DNA from: Camelus ferus
Lineage: Eukaryota
Direction: 5' to 3'
Length of the DNA stretch: 64,000 nt
Assembly (NCBI RefSeq): GCF_009834535.1
Contig: NC_045696.1
Span: 64,854,001 to 64,918,000 of the forward strand
Below the pieces are notes generated by a model. That model worked only from the letters and a program-made list of their open reading frames with translations. It searched no databases and was not told the origin of the DNA. The position numbers and the translations under genes were made by a program. Within the stretch, counting starts at the first letter, position 1. Every line of letters starts with the position of its first letter. Of the stretch, positions 1 to 12,901 are shown piece after piece.

Positions 1-1727
1 GAAATAGATTGCTGAGTTTACAAAAGCAAATTGCACAAGATTAACTGCATTGTACAAAATACCTGGGATGCCAAACCAGATCATGACATGTTCTTCTGTG
101 TGGGCGTTTTAGTAACCATATAACTTAGTGATCTCCGAAAGTCCCCAACGTTACTTATGTCTAGTCATTAGATACCCGCGGGCCCAACAACCATCACAGT
201 TTTTTCCACGACAGCCCCCTGCTTAATAGTCACAAGGGCACCAAATGAATTCTAGGTGTTATAGGCTGGTTTCAGTTCTCAGGGTTGGGTTCCGCCAGCC
301 TTTAACATCTTTTGTGTTGCCGAGCATGAAGCATAGTGTGCTGTCAGACTGGTAATTCTCATAGTCCTTCCATTCCTTCAGTTCTTCCCCACAAAGCCTG
401 ATGTTATCATCTTGAAATCTTGTCTCTTGATACTGTCGATGGTATAATACAAAGAGGGTTGCTAGAAAGTCGAGAGTTTTGGATTCCATTCCTGGTCATT
501 CTCTGTCCCTACTTTGTGACCATGGGAAGTTCTCTAAATATTTACCAGTAGGCACTGTCAGTGTGGAAACAATTGTGTTTGCGTTTTGGCAATAAAACAT
601 AACAGAAAAGATTTCCTGTCCTGAGTGGTGTATAGCTCCTAGAGAAGTGAAGAGAGATACATACATGGTGACTGTAGAAGGCAGAGCACAGCACACATTT
701 TAAGGGAAGCACAGATCATTCTATGGGGCGTCCACTGGTGGAGCAGTCACATTTCATATTGTTAGTGGAGACGAGGAAAAGCCTCGTGATTGAGGTAATA
801 TTTGAATTGGGAGTAGGAAATGTATTCCAGGCAGAGGAAAGCTCATGCACAAAGGTCCAGAGGTGTGCTGAGCATACACGACAAGCTTAACCAGAGATGA
901 GTGCTTTGGATGAAGGTTCTGGAGACCGAAGGAAATACAGGCTCAGCGTAGACATCGGTGTTTTTGATCAATTTGAAATTAAGACCATTGGCTATAGATG
1001 CTCTATGATCTATTCACTATCAGAAACTGAGATGGGTCCATGACCAACTTGAACTCTGGATGCCTAATCCACTGAACTGTATTATATTGAATTTTCTTTA
1101 GATTCTAGTCTTAGAAGCCAATTTTTCTTTATGTGCTAAATAAACAAACCTTGACTACTCTGAAGAGTCAAGCATCTTTTTTATTCTGTTTTATTTTCAT
1201 TTGGTTTATTTGGATGAGTCATAAGTATCTGATGACATTGTGTTCATTACAGTTGTGCAGTAAGTTTACCGAAAGTTAAGATGCTGATCTACCTACTGTC
1301 CTCTGTTGAGTTTTACCTGTGGTTTGTGTTGAGTTTTACCTATGTTCAGTTTTATTTGTGGTGAGTTTTGACCCTGGCTTCCAGAATTCACTTTATGCTT
1401 AAAATTGGACATAGCATCAGTCTTCACTTTTTGCTCCATATAGGGTCCTGCAAACTTATCTCTGTGTAATAGTCCCAATACAGCATATACTACGGTGGGA
1501 TGCTTTTGTCTTTGAGTGTCTAAGAGAATGAGTTGGAAGGGGATTGCTTTAAAGAGACACTGAGGTTAATCATTTTATAGAATTTCTTTCTTTCTTACTT
1601 GATGTGCTTTCTATTCCTGGAAAGACTGTTTTGGTATAGTGGAAAAAGCATGAGATTTTGGAATTAGAAGATCTAGGTTTTGGTCTTGACTTTGGGCTGC
1701 AGTTGAATTTCTTCATGTTGTAAGATG

Positions 1728-2640
1728 GTTTATTAGTTAGGATCCAATCAAGAGATAGGAACCACACAGTAATTTGAAAAGGGAAAGTTTAGTATAAGAA
1801 CTATTAACTATAATGTGAATTGAAGTAACAGGGAATTGGCTCATAAGAAGTAAAGGGAGTTCTGTAGAAGTAGAAATAGCGTATATAAGGAGCAGCTGCT
1901 ATTCATGGGGCTAAGGAAGAGCCTTCCACCCCCAGCCCAGGCTCGGATCCAGACCTCTTTGGAGAAGGCATGGCCATAGCTCATGGGCTGATGGAAAAGT
2001 CAGCAAAGTACCTCAGCACTGGGGCTTGTTAGAAACCTGCCTCCTGGGATACCGGGAGAGCAATCCACAGGCAAGTGCTGAGCCTCAAGACTTGCTGTGA
2101 GTTGCTGGAGTCAGTGCTGGGGGAAGCTGCTTGTTTCTGGGCACTGCTAGCCACCAGATGCTGCAAGAATGAGGAGCTAGGGAAGCCCTCCTCTGTAGGA
2201 ATATGGCATCAGGGTACCTGTACCCTTGAGAAGTTTAATGCTGGAGAAAGCATAGGTTCTGCAGGAGCTGAGCACTGGCAGGTCTGGAGCTTGTTTACCT
2301 GCAGGGTGGTGTAAGGCCTGGGGGGTGTGGTATCCATATTGGCAGATCCATGCCAAGGTGGTCCCTGGGCTGGGGCTGGTGCCACAAGCTCACTTAGGGG
2401 ACCTGCACGTTCTGGGCATATGACTCTGGCAGGGCACCCTGGATTTACCTCCCATCCTCGCTGCTGGCCGCCATGCAATAAAAATATCAATCTAGTAGCA
2501 CCTTGAAGCCAGACGGAAACTCTCTCCAGCGCCCTCTGTTGGCAAAGCTTAGTATTGTGCTTTCTGTAAAGAAGAGAAACTTAAGGGGTTCAAGTTCATG
2601 AAGAATGGATTTAAACCAAAATACAGTCAGTTGATAACGT
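1728..2640 (-). mobile_element. Old ERVL-class solo LTR (LTR41-like, tentative)
   Basis: Starts tattagttaggatccaatcaagagataggaaccacacagtaatttg, typical of a reversed ERVL LTR end, with a GC-richer interior and an embedded CTCF-like motif. Subfamily and ends are approximate. Confidence 0.55.
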
Positions 2641-3534
2641 GCGCAGATGAGGACCTATCCCCAAAGGTATCAAGATGATTGAATCGGTGTTGAATTTAAC
2701 AGCACTTTGTGAGCGCTCTGAGTACACAAATCCACTGTTGCCACAGTTAAGATTTGCTGTAGTTAAATCTGATACTGACGTTAAGTTTGCAGTGCCAGAG
2801 CGGGACCGGATAGATTGCACTGCACCAAATCTGCCATTCTAGTTTTTAGGGCATTCATCTCAAGATTCTATTTGAGCAATATTGCACCTGAAATTAAATT
2901 TATTTCGGTCTCCTAAGCTGAAATGCATGAATGTTGGTGACCATTAGTTGGTATAAAAGTAATATTTATTGAAATCTAATTATATGGCAGGCATTAGAAA
3001 TGCATTTACTCTTGGTAATATTAGTAGTACTAGCCCCATTTAAAAAATGCAAAGCTGAGATTAAGTAATTTACCAAGACCATACAGATGGGAGGAGCTGA
3101 ACCAGAATTCAAATCTAGATTTTTCTTATTCCGGAACCTGTGCATCTTAGAACCAAAGCATAATCTCTCCCCAGGCTGGGCTAGTGGTCAGAGTGCTGTA
3201 ACTTGGGTAAAATGTGTATTTATTTTGGACCTTTAATGTCTGTGTGCCACTTACCATTCTGGCATGGTGCTTCATCCCTCGCCCTTTTTAGGTGAATGTT
3301 TCCTTTTATTTTTGGGTGCTCCCCTGTATTTGGTAAGCAGAAATTGATTTAGAGTTGGTTGTCTGGCTCTAACACCAGAAAGTGATTTATTCACAGAATG
3401 CAGAATAACTAAATGAGGCATGTTCAGGAAAAAAAAACCAACCCATCTTCCTCAACATTGGTAGATTTCTGCAACCATTTCACTAAGGTTTGTTTTAGGC
3501 TAAAAATATACCTAGATTAAAATATAGTTAATAA

Positions 3535-4215
3535 TAGGAATCTATTTGTAATAGTTTCCACCTGGGAAAAAATCCATGGGTCCATCAACAGCCGAATGGT
3601 TACATAAGGTGTAGTGTATTTATGTATGAAACACTTTAAATAAGTGAAAATGAATAAAGCACTGCTACGTACAATAGCATGGGTGAGTCTCAGAGACAAA
3701 AGAAGTCAGGCACAAAAGACTATGAAGTTCAAAAACAGACAAAACTAATTTATGGTGCTATAAGTCAGAATAATAGCTTTGCAGAGTATTGCGTGGGAAA
3801 GGACACATATGAGGCTTCTGGGTGCTGTTAATATTTAAGTGCTTGATTTGGGTAGTAGTTATGTGGGAGCAGATACTTGTAAATTTCATAGACCAGAACA
3901 GTGAAGGTTTATGTTCTTGACTATATAGTATTTCACTAAAAATATAGAAATGGTTAAAAACCCAAGTTTTTAAAGTAAGAGTAATACAGTAATATGATTG
4001 AATGTTGCAGAGCCATTGGACAAAGCTCACTGAAGGGTTTAAATGATAAGGGAAAAGTGCTTAGTTTATAATAATATACCATCCCCACTGTGTAAAACGA
4101 ATGTCCACAAAATTACTAGGGAAAAAAACCATCAAATAGTAGTACTGGAGAAATAGGTGATTTTTCCTTACCCTACTTCACTATATTTTTCAAATTTCCT
4201 GCAATAAATGCTGCT
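3535..4215 (+). mobile_element. Ancient L1 (L1M) 3'-end fragments
   Basis: Degenerate L1 ORF2 end / 3' UTR motifs: tccatcaacag..gaatgg, gcatgggtgagtctcag, aaaacagacaaaactaatttatggtg. Confidence 0.7.
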
Positions 4216-4429
4216 TACAATCAGCTGTAGTAGATATGGAGAAAAATGAATATTTGGGGAGCATCTCATCTGGAAAGACCCTACTGTTTTCCCATTACCT
4301 AGACAGTAAGCAAAACTTAGTTATCTGAATGCTCAAGAACTCTGGAAAATGACTCCAACCTGACCTTTTAGCCTGAAATTTCCTTGCTACCCCAAGCTTC
4401 TCTATGCCTTGCCACATTGGACTTTATAA

Positions 4430-4790
4430 TTTTATTTATCGATTCAACATGTGGTTTTAAAGCATCAGCTGTTTGCCAGGTACTCTAGGTGTATAGCAAC
4501 AGATAAGAATGACAATGGTTTCTGCTCCCTTGGCTTTGTTCCTTCTACGGGGGGAGACAAAACATAAGTAATTGTCCTAATGTTAGGTTGGAGATGGGAG
4601 AAACCCAGGGTACTACAAATGTTTATATAACAGGAAAACCACATCTTGTCTAAAGGGACGGGGTTATTGATGGAAAAACAGTTTTGTTTAAGCAAAGGCT
4701 GCAAAGAGGAGTAGACATTTGCCAGTTGTGGAAGGACAGAGCATGTAATGGCAGTAGCGGTGAGAACAGTGTATTGCATCTCACTGCATC
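4430..4790 (-). mobile_element. L2 fragment
   Basis: attcaacat...tgccaggtactctaggt...ctgctccct pattern of a reversed L2 3' end. Confidence 0.5.
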
Positions 4791-6324
4791 TCAGTAAGAC
4801 TGCAGAGTTATTGGCGTGGGGAGTGGGGGAGATGGGAGGTGATGAGTCAGAGCTGGATTTTGAGGTAAAAAGTTCAGAGGTGGTACAAGTCCCCGTGTGA
4901 TGGGGAAGTGGGTTGCTGGGTGGGATGGAGAAAAAGATCATTCAAGGTGAGGATGCCAGAGAGCTGGTGCTGAATGGGTCATACACGTGGATGCTGACCT
5001 CCCTGGGAAAGACAGAGGGGAGGGTATCAAGGAAGGAACATCTCTGCTGGTTGGATGCTGTTTGTGCTGTTTCCTCTGCCTTGACTCCCTAGACTGTGCA
5101 TCCTTTAAAGCCCACATAAAGCATGACTTAATCTATCAGACCATCCCTGAAATACCCACTTAGATGCATGCCCGTAATCCTTTGATTCCATAGCATCTAA
5201 CAGCTCGTTGCATGTGCTGGTGCAACAGTTAACATTTGCTGAATTCAATACTTCCGTGAGACATCACTATTGGAAACAGACACATTGAGCCCGATGAACT
5301 CTGTATTTAATCTGAAACTCTCATGTTCCGGTAGTTCAGGCAAATTGGTTTATCAATAGGGAAATACTGAAAGCACTGAACTTACAGAATACTGAAAGCA
5401 GTTTTGTCTAGAGAATGACAATTGGTGTTTTTCATTTTGCATACAGCAACATAGTTTAGAAAAAAATTTTCCACACATTTGTGCTAAGAAGACAGAACTA
5501 TGGCTTTTTAAGTAGTCGCTTAATGCCTGCACTTCTGTTCAACGTATGGCTATAGTCTCACTTTTCTGTTGATAAGTCTGCAACATCAAATGAGATGCAC
5601 GGATTCCAGACAGATGCTTCCCATGTCTGGAATCAAGACAAATCATATCACTTGCCTGTCACAAAGAATGCCTCTTCTGACGTTACGGAGCAATCTGTTT
5701 AATGACACAATTGCTAGGCTGTGGAGCAGATCACTGTCTCTTCTGTCGCTCAGAATTCCTGGGGCGCTGCAAAGGGCCAGACAGTTGCAACATGATTGGT
5801 GTGTCAAGATAACTTGGGACCTGAGTAAGGATGAGGCGAACAGCTCGGTTCCACTAGGGGGAGTTTGCTGCTTTTTGGATGGATGGGAAGCTGTTTTCTG
5901 GGGAGCTGTGCTGCAAGTCTTCTTGCTGCTGATTATTTGAAGCTGGAAAACTTCAAGTGCAATTTTAAACAGAGTTTGGGGTGAACTCTTTAAACCTTAT
6001 CATGTGCACTGGGCCACTGCATGTTGTATTGTGGGGTCCCTTAAAGAGATGAGTGAGAGCGCCCACCATGTAGGATGTCTCAGCAAAGAGACAGATCTCT
6101 GATAAGCTGGAGTGGAAATACTTATAACATGTATAAGGATGTGACTAGGTTACAGGGCTCCGAGGAAGAAGCATCTGTTTGAATTTTCATGAAATAAATT
6201 GGGAAAGCTTCCCACACAAGGTCTTCCAAGAAGCTGGGTTATGAAAAACTAGTAATAATCTACTATGCAGGAACAAGGGTGGTTCTCTCCCAAATTGGTT
6301 AATTTCTGGGACCCAGTGTAGAGA

Positions 6325-6520
6325 GCAGTGGAATCTCTAACTGGAGTACATAGGAATATGGGAGATTCAACTGGGGCGCTAACTTCAAAAGCCCATCCCT
6401 AGGTTGCAGCCCAAGAAATTCTGATTTAATTGATGTAGGGTAGGGCCCAAGAAATTGCACTTTTAAGAAAACATTATAGTTGATTTCAGTGTAAATGGTC
6501 CATAAACCGTGCCTTTGACA
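6325..6520. mobile_element. MER5-type hAT-Charlie MITE
   Basis: attctgatttaattgatgtagggtagggcccaagaaattgcacttttaa matches the MER5 core as recalled. Confidence 0.6.
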
Positions 6521-6984
6521 GTCGCTGGTGTTATGGAAAAGCAACTGGTGTTCGTAAAGTGGGTGGTAGTTCCAAGGACGGAAGAGATATCCTCAGGGAA
6601 GATGTACGGAAGAGTAGTAATTAGTGCTCTACTGTAAAGCATGGGTGGAGTTTCCTGCTCAGATACTATGTAAATTTCAATTTGAATGTAATCTGCATAA
6701 TTAGTGCTCCTTGTCCTTTGAATTTCTGACTGCTCCCAATCTTTTATTTAAAGAAGGGAAGCTAGAGTTGTCCTTCAGCTTAAATTTTACCTGAGGACAG
6801 ATTCATTGTACAGATATTTCTGCTGCTAGTCAGAGAGAACCTAGGAGAGAGAATTCATAAATTCTGGCTTCGCTTCAGTGACTGGAAAGTGTTCAAGGCA
6901 TTTTAAAATATAGTTCTTTTAAACGTGTTTTGAGAGCTAAGCTGAAAATCCGTCTGGTTCTGAGTGAAGCTTTTCCCACTGATC

Positions 6985-6999
6985 CCACCAGGTGGCGCT
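6985..6999 (+). promoter_or_regulatory. CTCF-like motif
   Basis: CCACCAGGTGGCGCT matches the CTCF core consensus. Binding is not demonstrated. Confidence 0.65.
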
Positions 7000-9900
7000 C
7001 TCCCACCATTTCTGGCCCCCGTGCCGAGCGAGCCGGCCTGTTGAGGGTGTGTCTAGAAGCAGGGAGAACTGGGGAGACCCTGCCAGCGTTAGGGAACAGG
7101 CTTGCTTGAATTATTCTTAGACCATTAGCAATGACAGTGTGCTCTGCTCTTTTCTCGCTTGTTCCAGTCTTGTCTAAATGCTGAAGGTCACATTATCCCG
7201 TTCCAGAAACTGTTAGGATCTATTGATGAAAACAGAAAACAAAAACAATCTCACACAAAGGCAAGGGGGGGAAAGACGCAAGAAAAAAAGAAGGCAAAAA
7301 AAAAAAAAAAAAAAAAAAAAAGAGATGAAGTGAGGTCTGAGAGAAGAAAACATACCTCTTCCAATAAACACACTCGATGGGAAATATGAGATGAGAGAAG
7401 CGTGGCAGGTGATTCCAGGTTCCAAGGAAGTGAACTCAAATCGTTCTTGCCCTTTTCCCAAGGTGAGCTTCCAAGGTCCAATTGGACGACACTGGAGGGG
7501 AGGTGGGCGTGGCAGGCTGGTCCAAGGTGGAGGGCTTGGTTAAGGAGCCGGGTGGATGGTCATTTTTCTCTTTCTTCCTCACAGTTAACTCGTTCAAGTT
7601 CGTGTAGATGTATATGATCCAGTAAAACCGTGTTACACCCCAGGGACTTCTGGGCGTCTGGGGATCTGTGGGTCCTGAACGTGAGGGTAGATGTCCGAGC
7701 CCCTGGGTGAGCCGGGTGCCTGGCGTTACCGCCCCCTCACTGCCCATCCTCTCGGCTCTTACGTGTGCCCATCTCATTGCCACCTGCTCCACCTGCTGGT
7801 CTCCGATTCCCGTGAGCTGAGAGCCTTGCCGTACATCCTGGGGCGGCGCTGGACCGTGGAGGGGAGTTTTCATCCAGACCTACCTTGTGTGAAGGAAATA
7901 AATGCCTTAAGTATGAGTAAAGCCAGGTCCACACCAAAATGTAGATTTCGCTGACCCGGAAATGGTCTTTAAAACAATTTTTGTTTGCTAATCTTATAAA
8001 GAACATGGAGACACATTTTGAACGCAGTTCCCTACACAAATGTTATTTGAAATATTCAGCCAAAATAAAATTATTAGTTGCACTTTCTAAAGCGGAAGGC
8101 AGAAGGCTGATTATGAAACACCTGCTTTTCCACATCTTCAACAACCCAAAAGGTCAAGTTAGATACTAAGTTAAGTATTCAGAGTTCTCCATCCACCTTT
8201 TCCATCCCTGTCTCTTACTACCGTCCTATGATATTTCAAGTTTTTAAATATTTTTATAAAATATATATTTTATGCAATGCCATCTGCATTTTTGAAGATT
8301 TTTACATAAGAGAAACAAAGAATATTCCATTCTGACTGTCACACTCCAGTGCTGATGCAAATCTGGATTTCAGAGCTAAGGTGAGAAATGCACAGACCGA
8401 TGAAAACCTCCCTTCAGTCACTCCTGAGTGACTATAATGTTTACCCCTGTTACCAAGAGGATGAATATCGCTGCAGATGTCTGAATTTCTCTGTAATAAG
8501 TCTTAGCCTAAAATCTAGTCTTTCCAAATAAAACACATCTTTGCAGCTATTAAGCTATAATTAGATAGGCCTCTAGTAATAAAAAGCATGGGGTATCTCT
8601 ATTTCAATTTGGTAATAATAATGGATTCTTTCATTAGGGCTCATGTCAGTTACCTTGCGGTATTAACTTTGGTACCATTATTTTGGCCCCATTCAGTGAC
8701 ACTCTAATCTTGATCTGTGTGAAATACCATTGGTCCAAATGAGGCTTCTAAAATGTAGATTAAGGTGAGTTAGCAATGAAGGTAGTTTTTTTTTGGTTTT
8801 TGGTTTTTTTTTGTTTGTTTGTTTTGTTTTTGTTTTTGTTTTTTTTTTTGATTGCCTTTGAGAAAAGTAAGCTGTATTGAGTTAATCAGACCTGGAGGAT
8901 GCCATTCTAGTACAACTTGAACCTTTGAACTGCAAACAGGGAAGCGATGCAGTGGTTGGAGCTATTGACCTGGAAGCCCAGGTAGCTGAGGTAATTGAGG
9001 TCACTGGTATCCACCCGTCCCTGCCTCACGAGGTTCTGGCTTTAGAATCGGTGAGGACTCTCTGGTTAAACAGTCATGGCTCCTAGAGGAGAAATTCTCT
9101 TGCTGTCCCTTGCACAAGGAGAAGAGGGAAATGCAAACTGGACGTAAGGGGTGAATGTAAGTGCTGTCATTTCCTGTTTGAAGGGGCTTTTTGCCCTAGA
9201 CATGAACAATGCTCTCTGTTTATTGTCCCTCTCTTCATTCTCAAAGGGATGTAATTGAGTAAAGAGCTTCTCCCTGTGGCTCCCTGGCTCTGGGGCTCTG
9301 ACAGTAGGGTATCCAAAAAAATGTGCAGTGTCACCTGGAGGGGTTTCATAGGCACAGAGGGAAAGAAACTGACTTAGAATCAGAGAGCGAATCAGCAGCT
9401 GAACTGGCCTGAGGATCCTGGTGTCCTGACTCCCCGACGAATCCCCTCTCTACTCACTACATCCCCCCTTAGTTCCCCTCATTCAGATACACATCCATTC
9501 ACACCTTTATTGATTCAACATTTAATCAAGAAAGTTAAGGAAAGCTGTTATGGCTTCTGTGATAAATGCTTGAAGGTACACGATCCCATTGAACTGAATC
9601 TTCAGAGATTAATAATTGAGACAACTGAAGCCCAGGGAAGTGAAATAACTTGCCCACTTTTGTGTAGCTCATTAAGGGACAATACTGGCATTAGAATCCA
9701 AGCCCCCAAATACAATTCTTTTTTTTAATTATGCCATATACCATTTTACCCTTTCCGATGCTCAAAACAGTGTCAGGGATTGGGAAATGTATAGTATTTA
9801 TTGTGTCTGGACTGAGGTTCTTTATCCTAGAGCACTTTCTGCAGTGCCTTAGAAATATAAGGTGTGGTTTCTGTCATCAGTGAGCTTGCACTTAATTTGA

Positions 9901-10369
9901 AAGAGATGTTATATACATTGAAATTTAAGTAAAACTGTAAATCAAATGTCATTATCAAATTAGAATATAATATTTCATGGGATAGAGAAATGTTATCAGC
10001 CTCACGATGGATGCTCATAGTGACTGATGAGTTAGATCGTGTTCCTGGTGAGTAAGGCATCATTTGTTTCATCTTCAATTTGTTGAGTGATTAACATGTA
10101 TTAGAAGAGTAAATAGAGTTGGATTTTCAAATGTGGCAGGTGTTTGAAATCCTCTTACCATCTGCAAAACAGAAGATTTAAAGAGATGCTGCCCTATATC
10201 TTTGTGCCCTCTTTTTAGTTTATAGAGTTCTGAAAAAGATGCTTAAAAACTAGGATAGAGAAGAGGGTTAATGAAGGAAAATCTTGAAGCTCAAGACATC
10301 AGAATTCAAACTTAGGATTTTATGCCTCACAGTGTGTTTGTTGGCAGTATTATCATGCTCAGTGAATGG

Positions 10370-11117
10370 TACTCAGACTACCCTGTTATTCCGGAAACCT
10401 AGAGATCACTCTTGACTCATTCTGTTGCTCCTACCTCGTACTCCATCTGACTCATCATGAATTGCTCCACTGCCACCAGTTTAATCTTGCTTCTTTCACA
10501 TCTATTGCAAAAAAAAAAAAAAAAAAAAAAATGCTCCCAGCCAGCCCACCTGGGACTAACTGCCCCTTCCAGTTGCTGTTTTCCTAGACTGTTGTCAGAA
10601 TGACTTTTCAAGATGCAATTTTTTTCGTTTCATCTTACCAACTCTTTGAAACCTTTCAACAGATTTCCTATTGCCTATGTAACAAAGAATTTTTTTCCCC
10701 CAAAGCCTATGAAGACAACTTTTGCCAGTCTTTTAAAAAATTATCTTATTGTTTTATCTCTCACACCAGAGTCCTTCTACACACCATTCCCCCTACCTGA
10801 AAACTGTATTCACTTAGTGTCCTCCATTCTCAGCCCTTGGACTTCAGCTCTGCATTCCCTTATCCAGTAAAGACTTCCCTGATTGCTCTTTGCTTGTGTT
10901 ACGCTCTCACAAAACTGTGCACCTTTCCTTCTTCACAAATGCAACCTCATCTTTAACTTGTGTGCTTATTTGATTCCCATCTGTCTCTCCCACCACTAGA
11001 TGCTGAGCTCATTTGAGCCAAGAATCAGATCTGGTTTTGCTCACCATTGTATTCTCATGTGCAGCATAATGCCCAACACATAGGAGGAAATGACTAAATA
11101 TTTGTTGAATGAATGAT
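10370..11117 (+). mobile_element. L2 3' portion
   Basis: Ends ...cacataggaggaaatgactaaatatttgttgaatgaatga, the canonical L2 tail, preceded by ccactagatgctgagctc. Confidence 0.7.
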
Positions 11118-12180
11118 CTAAGTAAAATGGGAATATTCTGATTCCAACAAGGGAAGGGGAAAGTGTGCCTTAAAAGGGATCTTCATTGGAAACTACTCTC
11201 CACTGAGAAAAGTTTGAGGTTCTTTTCAGTCCTACTGAGAATAGGTAAAAGAGCTCTGCATTGTAGGGGGACATAAAGAAGTACTGGGCTCAGTTACCAG
11301 TGGAAGCTCTGTTATCTCTATAAAGAATATTGATAGTGGCAGGATGTGTGTTAAAGGGAAGGAATAAAAGCTGGATCTGTGGACCCCTGAAGGGGCTATT
11401 GTAATAAATAAAATTATCATTTCAAAAAAGATGTTCAGACATTTTTTTTGCTCCTGCTTGAGTTCTAGACCTGTCTGAATCTGAAACTGATTATCATTTA
11501 TAAATATCCGTAAGAATGTGATAAAGGCAGACAATTTCATGTTGGTTACATTGTGTCTTGGATGATTCTCAAAGACCCACTGCAAAGAACAATCACACTT
11601 GTAGCTAGACCCGCATACCCACATACAGTGTTGTAGTTCAGGACAAAGTGACCTGAAGGGTTGTCTACACTTTGTGACTCTCTGGTTTTAGATTCAGCCC
11701 CATAGATGTGCTTCTCTCAGCCATCCTCCGTTTCTCTGAAACCAGAAAGCTTTAGTAAAGCCAGAGAGGGCCGCTGGTCCCAGGAGCTCTGAAGTGTTTC
11801 AGCACCTGCAGACGGACTTCCTTAGTAACACTGCAGATGTCACTGACAAGATGTGCCGGTCAAACATAAGCTTCTCTTGCTGGAATTCTGATATGTTGTC
11901 ATCTTTGACATGAATGTTTCCCTCCTTATTGGTATCTGCCTGAGTATAGCAGCCACCCTGTCTCTTCTCTGGGTACCTTGCTCTGGTTTTTACCCTTCTG
12001 AGGCTGGAGCAGAGGGAGACATTAACTAGTGATCTGATTGTACTGGCATCAGGGAATAAAAAGACTGGGAATCCCTGACTCTGCCTCTTGGCTGATTAAA
12101 AAGAGCCAAAGCTTCCATAGTCTCTCATTTTTAAAGAGAAAAGCCTGAGCCCATTGGCACAGCAGAAAGTGAGCACTCAA

Positions 12181-12273
12181 GGGGGTGAAGGGGTTTAGCT
12201 CAGTGGTAGAGCACGTGCTTAGCATGCACGAGGCCCTGGGTTCAATTCTCAGTGCCTCCATTAAAAAAAAAAA
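12181..12273 (+). mobile_element. tRNA-Ala(AGC)-derived SINE (camelid vic-1-like)
   Basis: TAGCTCAGTGGTAGAGCACGTGCTTAGCATGCACGAGGCCCTGGGTTCAATT resembles tRNA-Ala. Has an A-tail. TSD aaagtgag(c/t)actcaagg at 12166-12182 and 12271-12287. Confidence 0.9.
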
Positions 12274-12605
12274 GTGAGTACTCAAGGAGTGGTTTTTGAA
12301 TATGTTATTAAATTAATCTTCATGTCCTTCAGCATCTACCCAGTTTGTGATGGGCCTCTATCTCTGTGTTCTCCAGCACCCAATACGATGTTGGGAGACA
12401 CACCTGTGTGTATTCGGCAATCACAAAATATGGGCTGCATTCTAGTCTTTCCTGAAAAATGTCATCCTAAACATAACTTTACCTAAAAGTTTGAACCCAC
12501 AGGGAAAGAAACCATTAATCAGGCAAGCTGCTTAGAAGTAGACATAAGCTTCAAGTATCTTGAAAGTGCAATTCTTTGGGGAAAGTGACGTCATCTAATT
12601 GAATC

Positions 12606-12901
12606 CAGTGGCTCTCCTGTCCCGCTGTACGTGAGTACCCCTGGGGAGCTTTTAAGACCTATCACTGTCGGATCCCGGTCCCAGACTAATTAGCTCAGTT
12701 CATGATCAACCCTCTCGTCGGGTTCTCCAGATGTCCGCCACACGTCAGCAACAGCAGCATCGCCTGGGAACTGGTTAGAACCACAGGCTCTTGGCTCAAC
12801 CCCTCACCTTCTGAGTCAGAAGCCCGAGAGCAAGGCCCAGCAGGCTGTTTTCACAAGCTCTCCAGGTGATTCAGATGTGAATGAAGGTTTGAGAACCACT
12901 G
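12606..12901. mobile_element. MER5A-type elements (one partial, one near full length)
   Basis: cagcagcatcgcctgggaactggttagaa ... caagctctccaggtgattcagatg...tttgagaaccactg terminal inverted repeat (TIR). Confidence 0.75.

Noticed and set aside
259..489. ORF beginning MESK, the same four residues as the FGF12B N-terminus
   Set aside because: It is on the - strand, opposite to FGF12, has no donor after the K codon, and the rest is unrelated. Coincidence.
4465..4941. 158-aa ORF and other 60-160 aa ORFs outside the island (e.g. 24432-24911, 46473-46901)
   Set aside because: They overlap decayed repeats or low-complexity sequence, often lack ATG starts, and resemble no protein I recognise.
11798..11820. 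REST/RE1 site (TTCAGCACC left half)
   Set aside because: No GGACAG right half at the canonical spacing; half-site only.
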